Made by a program: the position numbers and the translations under genes. The notes beneath the pieces are model-generated. The model had not been told where the DNA came from. It saw nothing but the letters and a program-made list of their open reading frames with translations, and searched no databases. A stretch of DNA of 63,521 nucleotides, filler included, from Lenisia limosa (lineage: Eukaryota > Protista > Breviatea): NCBI GenBank assembly GCA_001655205.1. It is 10 parts of 10 records of this genome, joined end to end, with 100 filler letters (N's around TTAATTAATTAA, not from the genome) between each part and the next. Parts side by side here need not be neighbours in the genome. Positions count along the whole stretch, not along the records: positions 27,959 to 37,091 come from LPNZ01005768.1; 9 more parts are not named here. The stretch is one strand, 5' to 3'. This document shows positions 28,404 to 37,077 of this stretch, in pieces. Each line of letters begins with the position of its first letter. Within the stretch, counting starts at the first letter, position 1.

Positions 28404-28475
28404 AATTATAATATTTTTGACTAAATTAACAAACTAAATCTGACTGACAAGCATAATGCAGAATAAAAGCCGAAA

Positions 28476-28604
28476 GCACAACACCGTATATAAAAAATAA
28501 CTAGAGAAGTGCCGACTCTAAAATTTTGGCGCACTAAAAAACACAACGTAAAACCGAAAAATAACGAATATTTGCACGTTACTTTTCATATACAAACACG
28601 TTGT
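28476..28604 (+). repeat. attC-like recombination site A (3' end runs into a gap)
   Basis: GCACAAC-ACC-GTATAT-A-AAAA-A-TAAC ... GTTA-C-TTTT-C-ATATAC-AAACAC-GTTGT: imperfect palindrome with an AAC...GTT core, 125 bp from inverse core to the core G at 28600. Confidence 0.75.
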
Positions 28605-28787
28605 NNNNNNNNNNNNNNNNNNNNNNNNNNNNNNNNNNNNNNNNNNNNNNNNNNNNNNNNNNNNNNNNNNNNNNNNNNNNNNNNNNNNNNNNNNNNNNNN
28701 NNNNNNNNNNNNNNNNNNNNNNNNNNNNNNNNNNNNNNNNNNNNNNNNNNNNNNNNNNNNNNNNNNNNNNNNNNNNNNNNNNNNNNT

Positions 28788-29921
28788 TCTGAAATGTTTA
28801 GTAAAAGAAAATCTATTGACTATAAATTCAGTGATGCATTAGAATTAGTTGACTATGATGAAAATCGAATTGACTTCCTAATACAAAGATCAGTAATAAG
28901 AGAAAATGGCGATACTTTAGAACTTGATGACTTGTTTTTAGAATTCTTTGAACAGGTTTTAGATGTTAATGAGGAAATCAACCTATCATATATTGACGAA
29001 AACATTAAAAACATAAAGGAAAACATTGATTATTTCTTAAATGAGAATAATGAAAACAGAAAATATGGGTATCTAAGATTCATTAAAAAAACGTTCAAAA
29101 AAATTGGGCTAATCACTCTAAGAAGCGTTGTTGATTTAAGGCGAAATATTGACAACACATTTAAAAACGAATCGAATTACAAAAACAAACAATTAAAGCT
29201 TGAAAACCTTGATGAAAAAAGAACAGTTATCAAAAACTTGATAATTCAAACATTAAAGATTTTAAACGAAGATGAAGTCACCTTTTTTAATAGAGCTTTA
29301 GATGAAGAGTTAAATAGAATTATTATTGACCTTAAACATCAACTCGGGGAATGTTCACACAATTTAATTGAGATTGAAAAACAGATAATTGACTATCTGA
29401 ATCAAATAAAAATTCACGGAAAATTTTTAGAAAAACTAAGAAAATTAAAATACCTAAAAGACCACTTCTTAATTGAAGCGGAAACCGATATTAAACAAAT
29501 TATATCAAACAACAACTCAGTAATTTTTGAACCAAGAACCAGCGAGCCTTTAAATCTATCCATAGATTTTTTAAGAGAAGACGAAAAGGCTTTTGAGGTA
29601 ATAAAAAGAATTGCGAAAAATCATAACGACCGCAAAGTCTTTAGGGCAGAATTGGCCGATAGCATTTCAGATGAATTTCTCGAAAACAGTATTGAAGAAG
29701 AAATAATGATAAATTACGAGGAAATCAAAAATAGTTTTCTTGCAACTAGTGATAACTTATTCAATTTTATTTTAAGTTATGACTTTTCAAAAACTGTTGA
29801 GTTTAATGAACGGGTTACAATCTTCTGCCAAGTTATTTCACTTTACGAGCAAGAATTAGACATAAAAAATAATTTTCAAACATCCAATGGTATAGAATAT
29901 GCTATTGTAACAGCAAGATAA
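28788..29921 (+). CDS. jetA: JetA/MksF-like kleisin subunit of a Wadjet/MksBEFG system; start codon lies in gap 28605-28787
   Basis: Open frame of at least 377 aa (SEMFSKRK...EFFEQVLDVNEEIN...) as first gene of an operon with an SMC ATPase and a Toprim protein. The role is assigned by position and size. Confidence 0.7.
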   Translation, partial: SEMFSKRKSIDYKFSDALELVDYDENRIDFLIQRSVIRENGDTLELDDLFLEFFEQVLDVNEEINLSYIDENIKNIKENIDYFLNENNENRKYGYLRFIKKTFKKIGLITLRSVVDLRRNIDNTFKNESNYKNKQLKLENLDEKRTVIKNLIIQTLKILNEDEVTFFNRALDEELNRIIIDLKHQLGECSHNLIEIEKQIIDYLNQIKIHGKFLEKLRKLKYLKDHFLIEAETDIKQIISNNNSVIFEPRTSEPLNLSIDFLREDEKAFEVIKRIAKNHNDRKVFRAELADSISDEFLENSIEEEIMINYEEIKNSFLATSDNLFNFILSYDFSKTVEFNERVTIFCQVISLYEQELDIKNNFQTSNGIEYAIVTAR

Positions 29922-29925
29922 ACCT

Positions 29926-30498
29926 ATGGTAACTAAATATACTTCAGACATATTTGATGTACTTCGTAGAGGACAATTTATCTGTTCAAACAGTCCAGAC
30001 GAACACATTCAAACACTCTACAAAGTCTTAGAAGATAGCGATACTTTTGAGGATTTGTACGAGTATTTTTATCAAATCAATTACATTTTAGAACAAGGTA
30101 ACGAATATTTTTACTTTTCTCGGAATGAAAGAAATGTAGATTTAGATAGAAAATTAGAAAAGGCATTTGGTTGGATTGATACGATAGATTTTTTCAAAAC
30201 GTTTGACTCGTCTTTTGATGTTGGCTACAGGTTTTCGCCTTCTGATGTCGTTAATCAGTTGAAAAATAATGCGGATTTAAAGTCTAAGTTAGATAATTTT
30301 AAAAAACTTAGTGGCGATAAAAAGAACTATTCAAATAGAGTAAAAAAAATAATTGAAAAGTTAGAAAAAGACAACTTTATAACATTAGAAAACGAAATTA
30401 CTGAATCCTATAAAGTACTCACTTCATTTAACTACCTTAAAGACATTATTTCAATTATAAATATTCCCGAAGAAATAGAAAATGAGATACCTGAGTAA
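29926..30498 (+). CDS. jetB: JetB/MksE-like KITE subunit (190 aa)
   Basis: Typical size; starts 4 bp after jetA and overlaps the SMC gene by 17 bp; predicted winged-helix-type composition (GRFICSNS-like N-terminus, YFYFSR). Confidence 0.75.
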   Translation: MVTKYTSDIFDVLRRGQFICSNSPDEHIQTLYKVLEDSDTFEDLYEYFYQINYILEQGNEYFYFSRNERNVDLDRKLEKAFGWIDTIDFFKTFDSSFDVGYRFSPSDVVNQLKNNADLKSKLDNFKKLSGDKKNYSNRVKKIIEKLEKDNFITLENEITESYKVLTSFNYLKDIISIINIPEEIENEIPE

Positions 30499-33400
30499 AA
30501 TAATCTTTATAAATAGTGCTTCGGTAAAGTATGCTGAAATTGAATTGGATGGTAATGTTCATTTAATTGGCACACAAGGTGTAGGAAAAAGTACTTTGCT
30601 TCGTGCTATTTTATTTTTTTACAATGCGAACAAAACGAAACTAGGGATTCCAAGAGAGAAAAAGGCATTTGATGATTACTATTTTGAATTTCAAAACTCA
30701 TACATTATTTACGAAATTGTAAAAGACGGACTTCCATTTTGCGTGTTAGCTTATAAATCCAATGGCAAAGTTGCTTTTAGGTTTTTTAATTCTGCATACA
30801 AAAGAGAGTTATTTATTGATGAAAATAATAGAGCTTTTGAAAGTTGGGACAAAATAAGAAATGCCTTGGGTAGAGAAATACATTACAGCCCTTTGGTAAC
30901 AAGTTATGAGGAATTTCGAAAGATAATTTACGGAGACAACAAAGGGCTAAAACCTAATTTCAGAAAATACGCACTCATTGAAAGTAAACAATTTCAAAAT
31001 ATCCCAAGAACGATTCAGAATGTATTTCTGAACTCAAATTTAGAAGCTAAATTTATTAAAGACACCATTATAAATTCGTTAAATGAAGTTGAATTTATTA
31101 TTGATATTGAGAATTATTCTAAAAACCACTTACGTGATTTTGAAACGCAAATAAACAATATTAAGATATGGTTTAAGGAAAATAAAAAAGGACAAATTAT
31201 AATAAGGAAGCAAGCTGAGAAAGTTATTGACAAATACAGAATACACAATTTAGTTAACCGTGAAAAGAAAGAACTTGCCATTGTCTTGGGCTCAAGAATT
31301 CAATATGTAGATAGAGAAAAACCAATTTTACTTTCCAGTTATTCCAGAGAAAATGAAGCATTAAGCAAACTGATTGACCAAAGAAATAAATTAGAAGAAA
31401 CCCAGAAAAAAAGAGAACAGAAAATAATTTCTGAAATTGATTATCTAAAAAAAGAACTCTCAAAAGCAAAAGATAAACAAGAGGAATACAATAAATTAAA
31501 CATTAATCAAATTATTCAAAAAGTGTCTCAAAAAGATGCTTTAACTAACAAGGTCAAAGCTTTAGAAGAAGAAAAACAACTTCTTACTTCAAAATTTTCT
31601 GAACTCAACCAAAAGTATGATGCCTTAATTACACAAGCTCAAAACCAAAACCAAGAATTCACGAATCAAAAGATCGCTGAAATCAATAACCTCAATAGTG
31701 AGTTTAGTGATAATAAAACCAAATTATTTAACAATTATCAAGAAATAATAAATCAAATTGGTAAGGACAACAAAGCTGAAAAAGAAAAGGCAATAAATAG
31801 TCTAAACACGATTTCTAATGGAGAAAACAAGGTTAAAAACAAAAAATCGGAATTAAAACACCAAACTTTTTATAGTGATGAAATTCAGCAATGCAAGGAT
31901 GAAAAGAAAAAACTTGAGGACGATATTTCAAATTCTAAAAGCACCATTTTAGATGCTAAAAACCAAATAGCAACCACTCGAAAAGAATGGGAATTTGAGA
32001 CGAAGGAAGTCGAAAGGAATTATCAAATAAGATTCGACCAAGAAACTGAAAAAACTCAAAAACTATCAGACAAAATACAAAGCATAGAAAACAAAATTAG
32101 CCAAAGTAAATCATCACTTTATGGTTGGCTAAACGAAAATTTTCCAAATTGGGAAAACAGTATAGGAAAAGTGATAGATGAAGAAAATGTACTTTTCAAC
32201 ACAGAATTAAACCCTAAAATAATTGATGAAAAAACAACCTCATTTTTTGGAGTTGAACTTAATTTAAGCTCATTAAGTAATCGAATTAAAACTGTTCAAG
32301 AATACAAACAAGAAATTTCTGATTATCAAGAACAGATTAAACAAGTCCAGAATAACATTAAGCAATTAAATTCTGAAAAGGAGAATAATCTACAAAAACT
32401 TAAAATCAAATTCGGTAAAAAAATCAACGCTCTTAAAGATTCAATTTCTGAAAATGAGTATGTCTCTTCACAAAGCGAAGAAAAATTAAAGAAAAACAAA
32501 GTTGAACTAGATGAATGGGTTGAAAAAGCCAAACAAACAAAAGCAACTTTATTGCAACAATTGGAAAATGATTTAGAAGAATTGGCTGCTAAAAAATTGA
32601 ACGCACAAAACAATCTTGACAATATTAAAAATGGAATAAAGAGGAAAATAACCTTAAAAGAGAACGAAAGAAATACTGAGTTAAAAAACTTAGAAGAAGT
32701 AAAAAATGAAAAGATTAATGTCTTGAATACTTCAATCTCAGAAAATAAAAAAGAAACTGACAAACGTATTCAAGAATTAAAAGCGAAGCAAACTAAAGAA
32801 CTCGATAATAAAGGTGCAGACACAAAAAGACTTTCTGTAATTGATGACAATTTAGAAGAAATTGAAAAGAACTTAGCATTTATTAAAAACAACGAACGTA
32901 TTGTAATTGAATATGAAAAAGATAAAAGAGAGCTTTTTGATAATGTACCAACTTTAAAAGCAAATAAAGTTAGTGAAGAAAAAAAACAAGAAGTAATCAC
33001 AGACGAGCATAAAGTTGAGATGAACAAAATGAACAATAGATGTTCTAAACAAGAAAGTGTTGTGAACACTTTAAAATCTCAAATTGATGAATTTGAAACT
33101 GACTTGAAAGCATTTGAAACGTTTAAACTATCAGACGCCTTTGCAACAATTCAAAAATATTTGCTTGATGAAATAAAAGAGTTTGAACATTCTAAAACTG
33201 CAACTTCCATTATTTCAGAAATAAATAGTAAGCATTGGAAAGGAATAGAAACTTTTAAAGAATTGCAGCAAGCTACCAATGCTTTTACAGGTAATTTTGA
33301 CGAACAGAATATTTTTAGTTTCAAGGTAAAACTAAATTCAGACAACGATTATTTAAACTTTGCGTCCGACTTAAAAGAATTCATCGAAGAAGACAAAATA

Positions 33401-34180
33401 GCTGAGTTTGAAAAAAGAGTAAACGAGCGTTTTGCAAACATCATCCATTTGATAGGAAGAGAAACTACCGAACTAAATTCTAAAGAAGCCGAAATAGAAA
33501 AAATAATCAAAAAAATAAATGATGATTTTGTAACTAAGAATTTTGTTCAAGCCATAAAGGAAATGGAAATGCGAACGAAAGAGAGCTCAAATCCAATAGT
33601 GAAACTGTTAGTCAGTATAAAAGAGTTTAATGATGAAAACAATTTAGAATTAGGCGAAACTAATCTATTTACATCTTCAGAGACTAACTCAAAAAATCAA
33701 AAGGCAATAGACTTATTAAAAAAATTGATTGAAGAAATTGAGAAAACAAAAAGTTCCACATTAACCTTATCCGAATCTTTTGATTTACAATTCAGAATAG
33801 TTGAAAATGATAATGATTCAGGTTGGGTTGAAAAACTTTCTAATGTAGGAAGTGAAGGAACAGATGTTTTGGTAAAAGCAATGATTAATATTCTACTATT
33901 AAATGTGTTTAAAGATAATGCTTCCAGAAACTTTAAAGACTTTAAGCTACACTGTATGATGGATGAAATAGGAAGACTTCACCCCAATAACGTAAAAGGA
34001 ATTTTGAGGTTTGCAAACGAACGGAACATATTATTAATTAATGGTTCGCCAACTAGTCAAAATGCGACCGATTATAAATACACTTACAAATTAGCAAAAG
34101 AACAATCTAAAACTGATGCAAAGAAATACATTACAAAAATCAACAGATTGGTAAAAGTAAACGCCAAAGTACTTAGCTAA
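30482..34180 (+). CDS. jetC: JetC/MksB-like SMC-family ABC ATPase (1232 aa)
   Basis: Walker A GTQGVGKST, long central coiled coil, degenerate signature LSNVGSEGT, Walker B/D-loop HCMMDEIGRLH, switch NGSP. Confidence 0.92.
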   Translation: MRYLSKIIFINSASVKYAEIELDGNVHLIGTQGVGKSTLLRAILFFYNANKTKLGIPREKKAFDDYYFEFQNSYIIYEIVKDGLPFCVLAYKSNGKVAFRFFNSAYKRELFIDENNRAFESWDKIRNALGREIHYSPLVTSYEEFRKIIYGDNKGLKPNFRKYALIESKQFQNIPRTIQNVFLNSNLEAKFIKDTIINSLNEVEFIIDIENYSKNHLRDFETQINNIKIWFKENKKGQIIIRKQAEKVIDKYRIHNLVNREKKELAIVLGSRIQYVDREKPILLSSYSRENEALSKLIDQRNKLEETQKKREQKIISEIDYLKKELSKAKDKQEEYNKLNINQIIQKVSQKDALTNKVKALEEEKQLLTSKFSELNQKYDALITQAQNQNQEFTNQKIAEINNLNSEFSDNKTKLFNNYQEIINQIGKDNKAEKEKAINSLNTISNGENKVKNKKSELKHQTFYSDEIQQCKDEKKKLEDDISNSKSTILDAKNQIATTRKEWEFETKEVERNYQIRFDQETEKTQKLSDKIQSIENKISQSKSSLYGWLNENFPNWENSIGKVIDEENVLFNTELNPKIIDEKTTSFFGVELNLSSLSNRIKTVQEYKQEISDYQEQIKQVQNNIKQLNSEKENNLQKLKIKFGKKINALKDSISENEYVSSQSEEKLKKNKVELDEWVEKAKQTKATLLQQLENDLEELAAKKLNAQNNLDNIKNGIKRKITLKENERNTELKNLEEVKNEKINVLNTSISENKKETDKRIQELKAKQTKELDNKGADTKRLSVIDDNLEEIEKNLAFIKNNERIVIEYEKDKRELFDNVPTLKANKVSEEKKQEVITDEHKVEMNKMNNRCSKQESVVNTLKSQIDEFETDLKAFETFKLSDAFATIQKYLLDEIKEFEHSKTATSIISEINSKHWKGIETFKELQQATNAFTGNFDEQNIFSFKVKLNSDNDYLNFASDLKEFIEEDKIAEFEKRVNERFANIIHLIGRETTELNSKEAEIEKIIKKINDDFVTKNFVQAIKEMEMRTKESSNPIVKLLVSIKEFNDENNLELGETNLFTSSETNSKNQKAIDLLKKLIEEIEKTKSSTLTLSESFDLQFRIVENDNDSGWVEKLSNVGSEGTDVLVKAMINILLLNVFKDNASRNFKDFKLHCMMDEIGRLHPNNVKGILRFANERNILLINGSPTSQNATDYKYTYKLAKEQSKTDAKKYITKINRLVKVNAKVLS

Positions 34181-35037
34181 TGAAATTATCTTTAAAAATA
34201 GCAAAAGTATTAGTGCGATTAATCAATGGCGAATCTGTTCCCAATAGTACTGCTAAAAGCCAAATTTTAGAAGAATTAATTGCCGAAAACATTTTATTCA
34301 GGAAAGGGAAACACAAAAAGCATCTAGAACTCATAAATGAAGAAGGACTTCTAATTTACTTGGCAAACCAATTACAAATTAACAATCTACACGATTATAT
34401 TTCTGCATTAGAAAATGAAGACTCTACTCGTGCGGAATTTGTAAAAATTACAACTGATTCTAAACACTCAAAAGAGCGAACATTTAAAGGCTTTTTAGTT
34501 AATAGTTATACAACGATAAAAGCAGAATTAAACGACCAAGAAATTATCATCAACCCCTCTAAAGGTAGCTTTATTTTTATCTATGACTATGAAACATTTA
34601 AAATACCTAAAGGAATAACAGTTGTTGGAGTTGAAAATCCAAGAAACTTTAGACACATTCAAGAACAGAAATATTTATTTGAAGATATCAATCCATTATT
34701 CATATCTCGTTATCCACAGAACCAAAATAAAGATTTTATTAAATGGATGAAGTCTATACCAAATAATTACCTACATTTTGGAGACTTTGATATCGCAGGA
34801 ATTGGAATATATGTAAATGAATATAAATGCTATTTATCAAATAAGTCATCATTTTATATTCCGAACAATATTGAAATGGATTTAAAGAAAAACGGTAATA
34901 GAAAACGATTTGACAACCAAAAAATAAACTTTGATATTAAAAAAATACAAGAAACTGCAATCAAAGATTTAATAAGAATAATTAACTCAGAAAAGAAAGG
35001 ACTTGACCAAGAGTATTACATTAAAGCCAATGCATAA
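34180..35037 (+). CDS. jetD: JetD/MksG-like Toprim-domain nuclease (285 aa)
   Basis: Toprim motifs VVGVENPRNF (catalytic E) and YLHFGDFDIAGIGIY (DxD); translationally coupled to jetC by a TAATG overlap. Confidence 0.85.
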   Translation: MKLSLKIAKVLVRLINGESVPNSTAKSQILEELIAENILFRKGKHKKHLELINEEGLLIYLANQLQINNLHDYISALENEDSTRAEFVKITTDSKHSKERTFKGFLVNSYTTIKAELNDQEIIINPSKGSFIFIYDYETFKIPKGITVVGVENPRNFRHIQEQKYLFEDINPLFISRYPQNQNKDFIKWMKSIPNNYLHFGDFDIAGIGIYVNEYKCYLSNKSSFYIPNNIEMDLKKNGNRKRFDNQKINFDIKKIQETAIKDLIRIINSEKKGLDQEYYIKANA

Positions 35038-35040
35038 AGC

Positions 35041-35099
35041 CATACACATTTGCAATTCGCACCAACCAACGCTAAAGCCAAAAATTGCAAAAGAGTATG
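35041..35099 (+). terminator. 17-bp stem-loop after jetD (possible terminator or RNA-stability element)
   Basis: CATACACATTTGCAATT (35041-35057) pairs with AATTGCAAAAGAGTATG (35083-35099) with 2 mismatches. There is no clear U-tract, so the function is uncertain. Confidence 0.4.
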
Positions 35100-35141
35100 T
35101 CTTTGCCAACGCTGACAGACGGACGAAAAAGAAGTACGACC

Positions 35142-35275
35142 GCACAACATTGTGTATAAGCAATAGCGGTTTAAGTGCAAACTTGAGCCGTTTTTTTGTT
35201 TTATTAAAGTATATTGTAATCCGAAAAGTGGCAGCCAAAAATCCGCTACTGCTCATACACGAAACCGTTATGTGC
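35142..35275 (+). repeat. attC-like recombination site B (complete)
   Basis: GCACAAC-ATT-GTGTAT-A-AGCA-A-TAGCGG ... CCGCTA-C-TGCT-C-ATACAC-GAAACC-GTTATGTGC; 126 bp from inverse core to the core G at 35267; same architecture as site A. Confidence 0.8.
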
Positions 35276-35300
35276 AAAACCAAATGAACTATAGTCTTTT

Positions 35301-36170
35301 ATGATTTCCGAACTGAATGAAAATAAATTTTTTAAAACTAAAGTTCATTTAAAAGTCATTTTAGAAGAAGGATTTAGAATAATTGATGAAAATAAATCTA
35401 ACTTCAATATTTATTATAGTCTTTTCAAAAGGTTTATTTATAGTTTTGAGTCATTAAGTTTACTTTTAAAGGATTACGACCAAAACAAAAGACATAGAGA
35501 ATTTCCAATATCTATAGTTTTAAGAGCTGGACTATTAGATTATTTAATAATCTTGTATCTCGCAACTTTTCAAGCCCAAAAGAAATCTAATCCTGAATTA
35601 ACCGAAACCTACGAGAAAGAAATTGATAAGTTAGTTTCGGAACAAATTAGAAGATTTATAAACATAGCTGAAAAAGACAAACAGTATAAACATTACAATC
35701 ATTCTGACCATCGTAAAGATGTTGATATGTTTACAAAATTATTCCCTGACCTTTTCGACCCCAAAATTCCTATTGACTATAACAAACCTGGAAAATCTTT
35801 ACGATATCAACAAAAGGATGATTTGACAACAAGAGTCATTAGAAAGTGGTTGGACAAAGTTTCAGATGGTTTAAAGAATATTCATTACCAAGATGTTTTT
35901 TATCTATATGATTTATATTCTAAATACGACCATTTTGGAACTGCATCCATGTTATTAGAGTATACAGATATAAACACTGTAAGCGCAAATATCTTTGGTT
36001 CAATTTTTCATATTTGTGAAGGAATTGGATTTTGTACAGATTTAATGAAGGAGGAAATGTTTTGTAAATCAGATTTTGAAAAACTTGATTATGAACTTGC
36101 AGTTTTAAGAGGAACTGTTAATACTAAAACTCTTTATTTAAGTCCTGAATATAAAAAAAGATATGAGTAA
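35301..36170 (+). CDS. Cassette-borne hypothetical protein (289 aa), HEPN/DUF5677-like motifs
   Basis: Intact ORF 25 bp after site B; SIVLRAGLLD and YDLYSKYDHF resemble the R-x3-E and Y-x3-S-x3-H motifs of DUF5677/HEPN-like proteins. Confidence 0.75.
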   Translation: MISELNENKFFKTKVHLKVILEEGFRIIDENKSNFNIYYSLFKRFIYSFESLSLLLKDYDQNKRHREFPISIVLRAGLLDYLIILYLATFQAQKKSNPELTETYEKEIDKLVSEQIRRFINIAEKDKQYKHYNHSDHRKDVDMFTKLFPDLFDPKIPIDYNKPGKSLRYQQKDDLTTRVIRKWLDKVSDGLKNIHYQDVFYLYDLYSKYDHFGTASMLLEYTDINTVSANIFGSIFHICEGIGFCTDLMKEEMFCKSDFEKLDYELAVLRGTVNTKTLYLSPEYKKRYE

Positions 36171-36175
36171 GTTCA

Positions 36176-36186
36176 GCACATAACAA
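36176..36186 (+). repeat. attC-like site C (5' inverse core only; remainder in the 112-N gap)
   Basis: GCACATAAC lies 5 bp after the stop codon and is the exact reverse complement of GTTATGTGC, which ends site B. Confidence 0.65.
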
Positions 36187-36329
36187 NNNNNNNNNNNNNN
36201 NNNNNNNNNNNNNNNNNNNNNNNNNNNNNNNNNNNNNNNNNNNNNNNNNNNNNNNNNNNNNNNNNNNNNNNNNNNNNNNNNNNNNNNNNNNNNNNNNNAA
36301 AAAGTATTGAATGAACAACTCAAGATTAA

Positions 36330-37067
36330 ATGAAATATAAATTGGAAAATAAAGATATCGTTGTTGTAGTTTTAATTATTGTTGCCGCACTTGTTGCTTG
36401 CGGATTATCAGTTTATCAATATTTAGAAGGAGTTAAAAAAGATAAAGAAGTACTACTTAATAACCTCAAATTAGAAAATGCAAATCTTGAATTAAAAGAC
36501 AAAACTAAACAATTATTAAAGTCTCAAAAAAAGTTGATCAAAATTCAAGGTGAAACAATTAAAAATATTGTAGGAGACGGTTTTGCAGAGGCTTCTCCCC
36601 AAATTAAAAACGACGAAATTAAATTAATTTTAAGAAGCAAATCTGAATATAATATTTATAATATTTTAGTTGAAGTTATTAATTTTGACAAAATGAAAAC
36701 TTGCGATTTTGAATTTAAGAATAATGAATATTATTTTCCCGAAAAATGTTATACAGAAAATGTCACAAAAAACAATATAACAACTCTCAATCCAAATACT
36801 TGGGTAGAGTTAAATTACAATTTGAAACCAAATTTTAAAAGTATTAACTTAATTGTAAAACAAATTTCTAACAATATTACTACACTTCAATATTTAATTA
36901 TAAACTACGAAGAGGGTCAAGATAAACATCCATATTTTTTTAGGATATTTGAGATTTCTCGAGCAAATAAGGAATATAAATTACTTTCTCAATCAAAAGA
37001 CAATATTCCTGAAGAAATATGGAAAGAAAGATTTCCATATAAAATGAATTTCAACATAATCAATTAA
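36330..37067 (+). CDS. Cassette-borne membrane-anchored hypothetical protein (245 aa)
   Basis: N-terminal hydrophobic helix IVVVVLIIVAALVACGLSVYQYL, then a coiled-coil-like stretch and a beta-rich domain. Confidence 0.8.
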   Translation: MKYKLENKDIVVVVLIIVAALVACGLSVYQYLEGVKKDKEVLLNNLKLENANLELKDKTKQLLKSQKKLIKIQGETIKNIVGDGFAEASPQIKNDEIKLILRSKSEYNIYNILVEVINFDKMKTCDFEFKNNEYYFPEKCYTENVTKNNITTLNPNTWVELNYNLKPNFKSINLIVKQISNNITTLQYLIINYEEGQDKHPYFFRIFEISRANKEYKLLSQSKDNIPEEIWKERFPYKMNFNIIN

Positions 37068-37077
37068 AGACACCTTT

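Noticed and set aside
28509-28787. ORF-track start of the 470-aa protein (MPTLKFW...)
   Set aside because: It begins inside attC-like site A and runs through an N gap; the true jetA start is in the gap.
31254-33345. Minus-strand ORFs inside jetC
   Set aside because: Antisense shadows of a Lys/Glu/Asn-rich coiled coil (Phe/Leu/Ser-rich translations).
34987-35287. Two overlapping ORFs of about 95 aa on opposite strands
   Set aside because: They span the hairpin and attC-like site B; palindromic non-coding DNA commonly yields such paired ORFs.
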